Source of the DNA: Macrostomum lignano
Lineage: Eukaryota
Assembly (NCBI GenBank): GCA_002269645.1
Contig: NIVC01000461.1
Coordinates: 310,001 to 374,000, forward strand
Length of the DNA: 64,000 bases
Reading direction: 5' to 3'
The notes below the pieces were generated by a model. It was not told the origin of the DNA. It saw only the letters and a list, made by a program, of their open reading frames with translations, and ran no database searches. A program made the translations under genes and the position numbers. This document shows, one piece after another, positions 16,701 through 29,528 of the stretch (positions within the stretch are counted from its first letter, which is position 1; each line of letters begins with the position of its first letter).

Positions 16701-18651
16701 TGGCCAATAATTGGTCAATCAAGTAGAAAATGTCTCGTGATGTGGATATGAATTATTCTCGTTTACCTAAGTTAGCGCCAACCATAGCCCCAACCATAGC
16801 CTCAACCATAGCCCCAACCATAGCCCCAACCATAGCCCCAACCATAGCCCCAACCATAGCCTCAGCCATAGCCCCAACCATAGCCCCAACCATAGCCCCA
16901 ACCATAGCCTCAGCCATAGCCCCAACCATAGCCCCAATCATAGCCTCAACCATAGCCCCAACCATAGCCCCAACCATAGCCCCAACCATAGCCCCAACCA
17001 TAGCCTCAACCATAGCCCCAACCATAGCCTCAGCCATAGCCTCAGCCATAGCCCCAACCATAGCCCCAATCATAGCCTCAACCATAGCCCCAACCATAGC
17101 CCCAACCATAGCCCCAACCATAGCCCCAACCATAGCCTCAACCATAGCCCCAACCATAGCCTCAGCCATAGCCTCAGCCATAGCCTCAACCATAGCCCCA
17201 ACCATAGCCCCAACCATAGCCTCAGCCATAGCCCCAACCATAGCCCCAACCATAGCCCCAACCATAGCCTCAGCCATAGCCCCAACCATAGCCCCAACCA
17301 TAGCCCCAACCATAGCCCCAACCATAGCCTCAGCCATAGCCCCAACCATAGCCCCAATCATAGCCTCAACCATAGCCCCAACCATAGCCCCAACCATAGC
17401 CCCAACCATAGCCCCAACCATAGCCCCAACCATAGCCTCAGCCATAGCCTCAGCCATAGCCTCAACCATAGCCCCAACCATTGCCCCAACCATAGCCTCA
17501 GCCATAGCCCCAACCATAGCCCCAACCATAGCCCCAACCATAGCCCCAACCATAGCCTCAGCCATAGCCCCAACCATAGCCCCAATCATAGCCTCAGCCA
17601 TAGCCTCAGCCATAGCCTCAGCCATAGCCCCAACTATAGCCCCAACCCCAACCCTCGCCGCTCAGCTGGCCCTGCCCAGCATGCGCCGGTATTGCCTGAA
17701 GCTTCACCTGGTCCGACTGGACAATCGGGGAGCGCCAGAGCCTCTCGGCTGGCACAGCTTCACGTTCAAGGAGACCGAGTTCATTGCCGTCACAGCCTAT
17801 CAGAACGAGAAGGTTAGTGAGCATGCTCTGCGTGATGTGGCAGATGCGGACAGATTCTGTGCAAGTTTGCCCGATTTCACTTCCAGCCATTTGTCTGCCA
17901 CAAATTGGACTCCGACACTAACTTTAACCGACTGAGCAGTCGGTTTGTTGGCACTGAAATACTGGCACTGAAATACTGGCACTGAAATAGTGGCACTGAA
18001 ATACTGTCACTGAAATACTGGCACTGAAATAGTGGCACTGAAATACTGGCACTGAAATAGTGGCACTGAAATACTGGCACTGAAATAGTGGCACTGAAAT
18101 ACTGGCACTGAAATACTGGCACTGAAATAGTGGCACTGAAATACTAGAACTGAAAAACTGGCACTGAAATACTGGCACTGAAATACTGGCACTGAGATAG
18201 TGGCACTGAAATAGTGGCACTGAAATACTGGCACTGAGATAGTGGCACTGAAATAGTGGCACTGAAATAGTGGCACTGAAATAGTGGCACTGAAATAGTG
18301 GCACTGAAATAGTGGCACTGAAATAGTGGCACTGAAATAGTGGCACTGAAATAGTGGCACTGAAATAGTGGCACTGAAATAGTGGCACTGAAATAGTTCC
18401 ATCCTTCGCCGTTTCCTACCCACAGATCACCCGATTAAAGATCGATCACAATCCCTTCGCAAGGGGATTCCGCAGCGATCCAACAACATCAGGCTCAGGG
18501 TAAGAATTATTAATCTCGTCTCATTAAAGGTTACTTGAATTTTCTTCAAGATGCAAATCGATTTAGGTTAATTTTAAGAACTTCAATCATTTTTCGTGAA
18601 ACTCAATTTTCCCAAGCAAAGACTTTTTGCATGTTTAGGTCCTCAGTCTGA
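13766..18651 (+). CDS. T-box transcription factor, ~233 aa; exons 13766-13941, 16355-16646, 17666-17812, 18426-18499, 18639-18651
   Basis: T-box motifs [83 protein letters not shown]. All junctions are GT-AG and in phase. The terminal exon is least certain; subfamily not assigned. Confidence 0.93.
13946..16262. repeat. 24-bp minisatellite (GACTGGGGTGTG[T/G]GATCTATTGCA) filling T-box intron 1; degenerate after ~15590
   Basis: Direct tandem repeats; source of the 541-587 aa artefact ORFs. Confidence 0.97.
16779..17650. repeat. 12-bp minisatellite (CCATAGCCCCAA variants) in T-box intron 2
   Basis: Direct tandem repeats; source of the TIAP/AMVG ORFs. Confidence 0.96.
17950..18396. repeat. 14-bp minisatellite (GGCACTGAAATA[C/G]T) in T-box intron 3
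   Basis: Direct tandem repeats; second copy at 28264-28604. Confidence 0.95.
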
Positions 18652-19380
18652 AGAAATGCTTGGCTGTTTTATAACAACTCTTTCAGAGAGAATAATGCAG
18701 AGCGTGCCAGCAGCAAGAGCGGCATGGTTGTCAGGCAAAAATTCGAACTCTCGGGAAGGTCGGCCGGGTTCACCATCGATCAGCTGCTGCGATCTGGCTG
18801 ACCCAGTTGAACTCACTACTAGCATTGTTTGAACACTGATGACACCAAAACATTTTTTATAACCCCGAAACCTCACCAATGCGACTGTGACCTGTCAAGT
18901 CTTGAACCCTAATTCACGCCATGTGGTCTCACAGCAAATGCTTTTCCATATTGGCTTGCCGGCCAAAGCACTGATAAAACGGGCCAAAACGCCCACCCGC
19001 CTTAACAAGTAGAGGTAATTTTATTATCTTGGAATGCAACAAACTTAATAGAAATTATTCCAATATCGAAGGCTTCTGAATGTGTATGCATGAAGGATCG
19101 GGGGTGCATTGGCGGCCAATCTCAAAGGTGAGTGATTGAGTGTCCTAGTCTTATTTATCTTTGTTGCTAATTTCACACTCTCCAAAACTGGCCCCGGAGT
19201 GTGAAATGTGTGGTTGAGGCTAAGCCACTCTTATCGCCACCTCTTATAAAGCGAACAGGGTCTTTAAATTTAACTTTGCCAATTAAAAATTAGATTATAA
19301 ATGCTAGTAGCTGTGCGCAACTCTATAGTGATTGTTTATACTCTGGAAAGGGGACGCTCTTACCTCACATGAGCTTTCAT

Positions 19381-20168
19381 GTGACCTGGCAAGGGGTAGC
19401 TCATCTCTCTTCATAGCATGAGCTGCAGTGTTCTCAGTGACCTGGCAAGGGGTAGCTCATCTCTCTTCATAGCATGAGCTGCAGTGTTCTCAGTGACCCG
19501 GCAAGGGGTAGCTCATCTCTCTTCATGGCATGAGCTGCAGTGTTCTCAGTGACCCGGCAAGGGGTAGCTCATCTCTCTTCATAGCATGAGCTGCAGTGTT
19601 CTCAGTGACCTGGCAAGGGGTAGCTCATCTCTCTTCATAGCATGAGCTGCAGTGTTCTCAGTGACCCGGCAAGGGGTAGCTCATCTCTCTTCATAGCATG
19701 AGCTGCAGTGTTCTCAGTGACCTGGCAAGGGGTAGCTCATCTCTCTTCATGGCATGAGCTGCAGTGTTCTCAGTGACCCGGCAAGGGGTAGCTCATCTCT
19801 CTTCATAGCATGAGCTGCAGTGTTCTCAGTGACCCGGCAAGGGGTAGCTCATCTCTCTTCATAGCATGAGCTGCAGTGTTCTCAGTGACCTGGCAAGGGG
19901 TAGCTCATCTCTCTTCATAGCATGAGCTGCAGTGTTCTCAGTGACCCGGCAAGGGGTAGCTCATCTCTCTTCATAGCATGAGCTGCAGTGTTCTCAGTGA
20001 CCCGGCAAGGGGTAGCTCATCTCTCTTCATAGCATGAGCTGCAGTGTTCTCAGTGACCCGGCAAGGGGTAGCTCATCTCTCTTCATAGCATGAGCTGCAG
20101 TGTTCTCAGTGACCCGGCAAGGGGTAGCTCATCTCTCTTCATAGCATGAGCTGCAGTGTTCTCAGTGA
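19381..20168. repeat. 56-bp minisatellite, ~14 copies
   Basis: Unit GTGACC[T/C]GGCAAGGGGTAGCTCATCTCTCTTCATAGCATGAGCTGCAGTGTTCTCA. Confidence 0.96.
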
Positions 20169-21082
20169 CTATATGCAAATAAACTTATTTTAATTCTGCT
20201 ATTTTAACACTAAGACAGAGTTATGAAACGTAAGAATTTGTTTTAAATTTTGCCATCGTGGAGAAGTTTATTGAGTTCTTTTGGGGGGGGGCTTGATGTA
20301 GTACCGTTGTGTCGGTCCGGAGAAATTGGATTGGTACATCTAGGAAAGTGGATAAATTAGTTTCGAAAAATGGAGAAATCAGACAATAAAATGTAAATTA
20401 TCTTTTTAAATTTACGTCAACCAAAAAACAAAAAAATAGAATCCGAAACTGATCAGACAATAAATTCCTTGTCAAAAATAGGTGGAGTTGCACAGAGTCT
20501 TCTGGAGAAGGCCAATGACTGGGATAGTACCACGATAAAACTCTAGTCACCATATTAAACATCAATAATATAAAAAGCGTATTAAATTTCGGCGGGTGAG
20601 TAAGATGAGAAAAAAGCAACTAATAAGCTGAGATATGGTTGAATAACATAACAAAGTGAGGCAATTTTCTGATAAGAATAAAGCATTCAAACAACCATTG
20701 GAGACAGTCGAAAGCAGAGAATTAATATAATTTTTAGAGAAATCATTTGTAAGAGATTCAATTTAGACTACTGAGAAAAGTAGACGAATAAAAATTTGAA
20801 TCGTTAATCTCTCAAATAGCCTGAAAAATGTCGCCATAAAACAAATGGCTTTATGACTGACGAAGGCAAACAAATCAGAAACCGGGTCTGCTTGCGACCT
20901 CCAATTTTAGTGTATCACATAGTTCTTGAATTGCATCAGGCTTTTCAGAACATTAAAAACATCAGCTCTATATTTAGTACATATGGACTAGATATTTAAT
21001 TCAACCAAAATTCTCGATTCCCGAGTGCTCAATCATAATTATATTGGACCTCCATCGCCAACCAATCCATCCGTACCTTGTA

Positions 21083-24000
21083 TCAGTCGAACGGGCTGAC
21101 GCACTGGCAGAGCGCGTAGTTATTCTCCGATTCGGCTTTGTCGTTGAACACAACGCCTGACTTCTCCAGCACCATGCGATTCTGGTTCACGTCGTTGTCG
21201 GGATCGTCCGAGTCCCACAGCGAGCTGCTCATGTTCACGGGCAGGCCGGAGCCCAGCCACAGCCAGCCCTGGTCCGGCTCCACGCTGCCAGGCGGCTGGA
21301 AGGCGTTCAGCCAGGCGTGATCGGACCACGGATAGCCGCCCATGGTGGCAGCGTGGTCCATGTCCTGGCGGTCCACCAGCTCAGCCAGGCGGGACAGGCC
21401 TCCGAGCGACTTGCAGTGGGTCTGCATGGGAAAGTTGGCAACTTTTATTTGTTTATTTACTTTGGAGTCTGACTAAGAATTTATCACGAGACTCTTGATG
21501 CCAGGACTTATTACTATACTCAACAACATTAAAAAGTCACCACCTGTGAGAGTGCGCAGTAAATTCCAGCTCAGTACTGACTTATGAGTGACGCAACTTG
21601 CGCCACGCGACGCAGAGTTGGGCTGGGTGAGGAGGATTGGAAAGAGTGGAGTGCGAAGATTGGATGGATTGAAGCTTCCGCTCGGTTTTCATTGTTTTTT
21701 CAAGCATGTTTTAATATCAAAATGGTTGACCAGGTGATAGACACTGGTCGAAAGACACTGCTCACTGGGGCAAAGGGTGGCGACTGTTCAATGTTGCTGA
21801 GTATAATTACCTGTTTCTGCTCAACTGCACCATTGCAAATATTAGCTAACCTTAAACATCCATTTCTGCCACATGGAGCTGGCACCAGACAGATGCTAAA
21901 CGACTACCTGATCTGCCAACCATGAGTGATCCCATTGGGACGTACAGTTTGATATCAAATGTCAGCTGCTCGGGAAGTTAGTCAGCTGGAAATGATAAAC
22001 ATGTTTTAGATGACAACTCAAGGACGACTTAGGTATAACTACCTGCAGCTTTATAATTGACTCAGTGTTTGTTTTGCCAACGTTTCAATCTGAATCAGCT
22101 GAATCAATCGTTTCTTGAACCGATACTCGTAAAGCAATTTGATAACAAAGCCTTTATGGCATTCGCATAGTTATATTTTCCAGAAATTTACAAGCTACAA
22201 GATACTCTCTAGGATGTACTTTTGCAGAAATTCTATCTGCCAACAGGAGCCCCAGCAAGGCATACACTGCCCTATTTTGGTTATGAGCGCATTGAAGAAC
22301 TCACAAGAGGACTGATATGGTTTAGCTCAACTTAATAGAAGCATTATCCGACTAGCTAAAATTTCTGTCTGTTGATTTCAATGGTTAGCTGAGCTGTCAG
22401 GAGCAGAAGTACAGAGCATTCAAGAGCAAGATATTGTATTTTCTTTCTTCATAGCTGCTCTTCAGCTTGATCTTAACCTTGGCTGAGAATACGAGGTATT
22501 TCCTATTTGGTGAAAAATTGCCCCCCCCCTGTTAAGAGGCTGAGCAGCCCAGTTCAGGATGGAGACAAATGAGCTTTATTTAGTCAAAGCTCAGTAGTAA
22601 ACGCATTTGACACGGTCTTTGGTTCGATTCTGTGCTCAAACACATTCACATTGCCTTGGGCTTGTGTGCACGAAAATTGTGCACTCAGGGGGTTGTCTGC
22701 GACTCACAGCCATGAGGGCCAGCCCCAAGGCACAGGGACTGTACATGCCTGACGATTAGAAAGTCAGGGCCGATGTACACCCTGTGTGAGCGTGTGTTTG
22801 AGTGCTCAGGAGTCAGCGGAATGTACAGAATTGCCGTCAGCTCTGGTTGTGGGACCGATGCCGCCGAAGTCGTAGCGCCAGGGATGCCCCACAGCCCCTC
22901 CTACAAATATGATTATGATTTTATTATTATCTAGAATTTACACATCGACGCAGAGACAAACTTCACAAGCTTGAAAGTTACCAAAATTTTTCGTTTTTCG
23001 ACGATGTCAAGTTTTGAGCTTATGAACTTTCGAGCTTGTGAAACGCCCTCACCCAGGTAGTACTCTATGAAGAGGCACGGCGCCTCAGCAGATGAACTGC
23101 GCCACTGCCTTGGAAAGCCTTGCAACCAGAGCACTGAGATCAGTGAGACAACTGCAGCCAGAGCACTGAGATCAGTGAGACAACTGCAACCAGAGCACTG
23201 AGATCAGTGAGACAACTGCAGCCAGAGCACTGAGATCAGTGAGACAACTGCAGCCAGAGCACTGAGATCAGTGAGACAACTGCAGCCAGAGCACTGAGAT
23301 CAGTGAGACAACTGCAGCCAGAGCACTGAGATCAGTGAGATAACTGCAGCCAGAGCACTGAGATCAGTGAGACAACTGCAACCAGAGCACTGAGATCAGT
23401 GAGACAACTGCAACCAGAGCACTGAGATCAGTGAGACAACTGCAGCCAGAGCACTGAGATCAGTGAGATAACTGCAGCCAGAGCACTGAGATCAGTGAGA
23501 CAACTGCAACCAGAGCACTGAGATCAGTGAGACAACTGCAGCCAGAGCACTGAGATCAGTGAGACAACTGCAACCATCCTATTAAAATCAATCGCTTCTG
23601 AACTAGCAGCAGCAATTAGTAAAGATGCTACTATAGTTAGTTTTCACATTTGTTCACACTCACGCTGGCCTGCTCCCAGGTGAAGCTGGTCTTCTCCAGC
23701 TTGAACTTCGTGCCGAACAAGTCGAAGCCGAAGCCCGAGCCGCACAGAGCGCCCGGCTGCGCCGCGCCGGCCACGTTGCGGACGAAGACGTCGGCCGTCC
23801 GATTCGGACACGGCATCACCGACCGGACGCGCCGGCTGAACGCGCCAAAGTTGAATCGGCGACAGCGAGCCGGAGCAGTCAGGATGGCGAAGGCCACGCA
23901 GCTGGGCAACTTGGCGCACGCGAACGAGCAGGACTTCGGATCGCTGACGCCTGACAGGTCGGGCATCGTGAAGCGAGGATCGATGCAGTCGAGCACCTGC

Positions 24001-24104
24001 GTGCTCACGCGGGTGAAGGTCGCCTTCTCCGAGCAGCCGGTCGATAAGTCGGCGGCAGCCTGGGAGATGCAGAGAAGCAGCTGGGCGAGAAGGACGGCGC
24101 GCAT
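21083..24104 (-). CDS. Secreted PAN/Apple + C-type lectin protein, copy A, 259 aa; exons 24104-23664 and 21421-21083
   Basis: Signal peptide MRAVLLAQLLLCISQAAA. Apple-like C-x3-C-x5-C-x2-F...C. CTLD features FTWEQAS|THCKSLGG..LAEL, WLN, WLWLGSG, WDSDDPDN, FND, LCQC. Phase-0 GT-AG intron. Confidence 0.85.
22699..22930 (+). mobile_element. Retroposon-like 3' fragment ending in an (ATT)-rich tail, in the lectin A intron
   Basis: Shared GCGACTCAC..CCATGAGGGCC..CCCAAGGCACAG..GTACATGCCTGACGATTAGAAAGTCAG..GTGTGAGCGTGTG with 32749-32980, 47504-47700 and, more weakly, ~37130-37230. Confidence 0.6.
23126..23576. repeat. 32-bp minisatellite (CCAGAGCACTGAGATCAGTGAGACAACTGCAG), ~14 copies
   Basis: Direct tandem repeats; only ~3 copies in block B (33198-33298). 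Confidence 0.95.
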
Positions 24105-24477
24105 GCTGGAGTGGCAGGCTGGAGCAGCGGCAGAGGCTTGGGCGGCAACCGGAGGCTGGCGAGGACCGGCGCTTTAAGCTGAAAACGCGGAATAGGAGGG
24201 GGAGAGAAGGGAGGGTAGGGCAGCGGAGAGTAAACTAGATTGGCTGCCCTCAGTTGAGCAACAAGCAGAGCAGTGCCAGCAGCCATTTCAACAAGTGGTC
24301 GCTATGGGTAACAAAAAACAAATTGCTGCGTCTGGTAACCCTCCCCCGCGCCGGCTTGTCTCTAGCTATACATCTACAATATCTAACTGCCCATCTCAAC
24401 ACCTCTGTTAATTGGCGTGCGCTTAGAATAGCCCAGTGAGACTTCTCTCTCTTTAAACGGTTTTTGGTTTGACACAT

Positions 24478-24943
<466 letters not shown>

Positions 24944-25880
24944 TAGATAGCGAGAAAGAGCGAGCGAAGCGAGCTCTTTCGAGCTTGCTTGCCGCAGCCA
25001 ATCAAGCTGAAAGCACGCACACAAGATCACCGGAAACGATTAAGGCAGCTGGAAAGCCAATGGGCGCGGTAAGCGCTTTTATCCAGAGGAACTACCTGCT
25101 GGAACCAGCCTGCCGTTCGAAAATCAGACTACTCAAGTAGTGCAAAAGAGTGCGAGCAACTACCGAGAAATCTAATTTTCGTAACCGCTCCGGTGCAGGT
25201 CCTGGCAATAGATGGTAGATAGCGAGAAAGAGCGAGCGAAGCGAGCTCTTTCGAGCTTGCTTGCCGCAGCCAATCAAGCTGAAAGCACGCACACAAGATC
25301 ACCGGAAACGATTAAGGCAGCTGGAAAGCCAATGGGCGCGGTAAGCGCTTTTATCCAGAGGAACTACCTGCTGGAACCAGCCTGCCGTTCGAAAATCAGA
25401 CTACTCAAGTAGTGCAAAAGAGTGCGAGCAACTACCGAGAAATCTAATTTTCGTAACCGCTCCGGTGCAGGTCCTGGCAATAGATGGTAGATAGCGAGAA
25501 AGAGCGAGCGAAGCGAGCTCTTTCGAGCTTGCTTGCCGCAGCCAATCAAGCTGAAAGCACGCACACAAGATCACCGGAAACGATTAAGGCAGCTGGAAAG
25601 CCAATGGGCGCGGTAAGCGCTTTTATCCAGAGGAACTACCTGCTGGAACCAGCCTGCCGTTCGAAAATCAGACTACTCAAGTAGTGCAAAAGAGTGCGAG
25701 CAACTACCGAGAAATCTAATTTTCGTAACCGCTCCGGTGCAGGTCCTGGCAATAGATGGTAGATAGCGAGAAAGAGCGAGCGAAGCGAGCTCTTTCGAGC
25801 TTGCTTGCCGCAGCCAATCAAGCTGAAAGCACGCACACAAGATCACCGGAAACGATTAAGGCAGCTGGAAAGCCAATGGG
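24944..25880. repeat. 272-bp tandem repeat, 3 full copies + 121-bp partial, embedded in (GATA)n
   Basis: Unit starts at 24944, 25216, 25488 and 25760; identical ORFs recur at 272-nt offsets. Confidence 0.96.
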
Positions 25881-26593
25881 TAGATAGATAGATAGATAGA
25901 TAGATATTCTGAAGGTGTGTCCCAACACTTACTGTGTTGTCTGTGTGTAAGATTAGGAATTCATCCTACCGTGTATCCTGATTCATGTCCAAATGATTTG
26001 AGAAAAGTTTTATTACTGCGGGGTAGCTCTTGAAGGTCGTACTTTAAATTTTCTTCCATTTGTTGCCACACGATAGGTTCAAATCAAATTATGCTGCTAC
26101 TCCCTGCTTAAGCTCTATGGTTACCATGGAGACATACAACTCCCTTTCTAGTTCTTCATAATTCAGATAGGAATCGCCATTGTAAGCAGTGGCACCTCTG
26201 TATGTAGTCTCTCCATGTGGATTCCTGAATAGGATTCTTGGCTGCGCCAAGGAGACCTAGCATGAGAACTTGGAGTAGCCACAGTACATCACTTTCAATA
26301 ACTTTTACACATCAAATCTAGTGAAGTGGAATCAATTACTTTTACTGTATTTAACTTCAATGTCGTTAACTTAAAAAAAGTATAATAATTTGGTTACTGT
26401 ATGCAGGGCTAGTAAAGGATTTTTGCATTCCAGAGTATCGCTCAAAGTCGCCTTGACTGCATACATAATTCATGCCTAATTAACGACGCCTGCGAAGCCA
26501 GCCACTCAAGCGGTGCGCCTTCATTCAGTGTCTGGGAGAGGAGACGATGAAGTCGTTGAGAGAGCCTGGAAGACTGCCTCTCCTGGGTGGGAA

Positions 26594-27040
26594 CACAGAT
26601 ACTAGAATGACTAGATGGGCCACTCAGGCACATATACTTAGTAAAATAGCTTTCTACTTTCAGTTCAGTAGCAAAGAGGAATACATAAGCTTTTTTATGA
26701 AAAAAGGCAGCTGAAATGACTTTGATAAGTTTAGAAGCCCAAGCTTGCAGGCGTAAACAACTTGCTAATTGGTTCAGCAATAATGTACATTAGCCAGTCT
26801 ACTAAAATGTACATGGCATCTTTAGGCTGGAATTCCAAAAAAGGCAATAAAATTGGGGTGGGGCGTGGCGGGGGTAGTGTGGAAGGCGCGGTTGGAGGGT
26901 TTAGGCTGGGGGTAAGAGCCAATAAATGAGCTTTCGCTTTGAAAATACATTAAAATGCTTCTGTTTAACTTGCTACTGAACTGAAAGTAGTTTGCACACA
27001 AATGTGCTGAGTGGCCCATCTAGCTATTCTAGTATCTGTG
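26594..27040 (-). mobile_element. MITE copy 2 (447 bp; CACAGATACTAG...CTAGTATCTGTG)
   Basis: ~35-bp TIRs plus inner inverted CTACTTTCAGTTCAGTAGCAA / TTGCTACTGAACTGAAAGTAG; flanks GGTGGGAA / GGTGGGAC (7/8). Confidence 0.88.
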
Positions 27041-27065
27041 GGTGGGACCTGCAGGTAAGAAATGG

Positions 27066-27874
27066 TATATATTCCCCATTTATACCAGTGCTAGGGCAAT
27101 AAATGCTTGAGTGACTTGTTTATTGACCGAGGCGAAGCCGAGGTCACTAAGCAAGGCACGAATGCATTTTTGCCCTAGACACTTGGTATTAATGGAGAAT
27201 ATTATATGTATCCCTCAGTTAAATAGCATATAGTACAAAGCTAAAAGCAAAAATGGCCATAGACACTAGCATCAAGGTACTGTACCGCTAAATGAAAGAC
27301 GCGCTCGTAAAAAGAAGAGAGACAGCGCGAGTGCTTAGCTTAGCTAGCTAGTTAAAATGGCTACCGAAAGATTTGTCAATCTGACTGACGAAGAAGTAAT
27401 GAGCGCTATATCTCGCCATCTATCACGAAGCATAAAACCGTAAGCGCAATTCTATGCGGTCAAGTCGACAGTCAAACTCGTGAGATCAGTACAAGGACCA
27501 TATCAACTGTGACTACACCCGATGGCAGTACTGCTACAACCGAGACGGACTTCTGTGAAACTACTGTGGTTCAAGGAACACCGCACAAACTAATGCGGAT
27601 TGAGGCTTGTGGTGACACTAATAAGGTGACCATCACATTCGAAAACAAGGACTAATCACTGTTATCTGCGTCATGTCTGCGTCTGCGTATATCACTGGAA
27701 CTTAGACTATTGCACAAGTGCAATTGTTAAATGGTTACAATTTCATGTTGAATCGATTTCATTTTAAAATATAAAGTTCTCGTTTATTTGCACTCTGTGC
27801 CGGTGCAAATAAATCATTTAATAAATAAACCATTAGAACATAGACTACTGCATCAGTGCAACTGGGGGATACAT
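27066..27874 (+). mobile_element. Possible non-autonomous Crypton-like element: 140-bp palindrome + segment bounded by 15-bp inverted repeats with decayed coding remnants
   Basis: Palindrome 27066-27206 centred on GCGAAGC; inverted repeats ATGTATCCCTCAGTT (27206-27220) / AACTGGGGGATACAT (27860-27874); short ORF MATERFVNLTDEEV at 27357. Family assignment is from remembered motifs only. Confidence 0.4.
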
Positions 27875-28633
27875 GCCTGTTGGCTGCTGACTAACGCTCC
27901 TTTCATTCGTTGATTTTTATAAAAAACCTACACTCACATCAATCCAACCGTGACTACTGATTTAGTTCACAGATACGAGAGAGAAATGTTAAACTGTAAA
28001 AGCAGAATAGATTACCTGATCATGAAATAATTTACTCAGGCGCGTCGCCACCGGGGGGGGGGACAGGGGGAAATGCTCCCCCAGTAAATGCTATGGGGGA
28101 CATGCCAATGCTTTGTCCCCCACCCCACCTTGTGACCCGTTGTGGTAATCAATAATTTTTCTTCAGGGCGCCAACAATATAGCGCCTTCGGCGCAAAATG
28201 AGTGCCTGCGGCGCCAAAAGGAATGCCTGAGGCGCCAAAATGAGTGCCTGCGGCGCCAAAATGAATACTGGCACTGAAATACTGGCACTGAAATACTGGC
28301 ACTGAAATACTGGCACTGAAATAGTGGCACTGAAATACTGGCACTGAAATAGTGGCACTGAAATACTGGCACTGAAATAGTGGCACTGAAATACTGGCAC
28401 TGAAATAGTGGCACTGAAATAGTGGCACTGAAATAGTGGCACTGAAATAGTGGCACTGAAATAGTGGCACTGAAATACTGGCACTGAAATTCTGGAACTG
28501 AAATACTGGCACTGAAATAGTGGCACTGAAATACTGGCACTGAAAAATTGGCACTGAAATAGTGGCACTGAAATAGTGGCACTGAAATAGTGGCACTGAA
28601 ATAGTTCCATCCTCCGCCGCTTCCTACCCACAG

Positions 28634-28798
28634 ATCACCCGATTAAAGATCGATCACAATCCCTTCGCAAGGGGATTCCGCAGCGATCCAACAACATCAG
28701 GCTCAGGGTAAGAATTATTAATCTCGTCTCATTAAAGGTTACTTGAATTTTCTTCAAGATGCAAATCGATTTAGGTTAATTTTAGGTCCTCAGTCTGA
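28634..28798 (+). pseudogene. Orphan duplicate of T-box exons 4-5 (28634-28707, 28786-28798)
   Basis: [24 protein letters not shown] exon identical to 18426-18499 with intact splice sites; no copies of exons 1-3 upstream in block B; intron 61 bp shorter. Confidence 0.8.
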
Positions 28799-29528
28799 AG
28801 AAATGCTTGGCTGTTTTGTAACAACTCTTTCAGAGAGAATAATGCAGAGCGTGCCAGCAGTGAGAGCCGCATGGTTGCCAGGCAAAAATTCGAACTCTCG
28901 GGAAGGTCGGCCGGGTTCACCATCGATCAGCTGCTGCGATCTGGCTGACCCAGTTGAACTCACTACTAGCATTGTTTGAACACTGATGACGCCAAAACAT
29001 TTTTTATAACCCCGAAACCTCACCAATGCGACTGTGACCTGTCAAGTCTTGAACCCTCATTCACGCCATGTGGTCTCACAGCAAATGCTTTTCCAAATTG
29101 GCTTGCCGGCCAAAGCACTGATAAAACGGGCCAAAACGCCCACCCGCCTTAACAAGTAGAGGTAATTTTATTATCTTGGAATGCAACAAACTTAATAGAA
29201 ATTATTCCAATATCGAAGGCTTCTGAATGTGTATGCATGAAGGACCGGGGGTGCATTGGCGGCCAATCTCAAAGGTGAGTGATTGAGTGTCCTAGTCTTA
29301 TTTATCTTTGTTGCTAATTTCACACTCTCCAAAACTGGCCCCGGAGTGTGAAATGTGTGGTTGAGGCTAAGCCACTCTTATCGCCACCTCTTATAAAGCG
29401 AACAGGCTTTTTTAAATTTAACTTTGCCAATTAAAAATTAGATTATAAATGCTAGTAGCTGTGCGCAACTCTATAGTGATTGTTTATACTCTGGAAAGGG
29501 GACGCTCTCACCTCACATGAGCTTTCAT

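Noticed and set aside
16730-17935. 401-aa mucin-like TIAP ORF fused to T-box sequence
   Set aside because: Read-through of the 12-bp array into exon 3; a proper acceptor exists at 17665.
18596-18832. 78-aa ORF as a T-box C-terminal extension (also 28743..28979)
   Set aside because: Out of phase with the exon-4 donor at the shared strong acceptor; treated as 3' UTR pending cDNA.
19381-20168. CRISPR-like look of the 56-bp and 85-bp arrays
   Set aside because: No unique spacers; contiguous tandem units in a eukaryotic context.
20857-20890. Hammerhead-like CTGACGA...GAAACCGGGTC (also ~30892)
   Set aside because: Helix II and helix I do not pair; at best a decayed relic.
22749-22767. CTGACGA-TTA-GAAA in the retroposon fragment
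   Set aside because: Only 3 nt for helix II and no helix I/III; better explained as a CTGAC/GTCAG hairpin.
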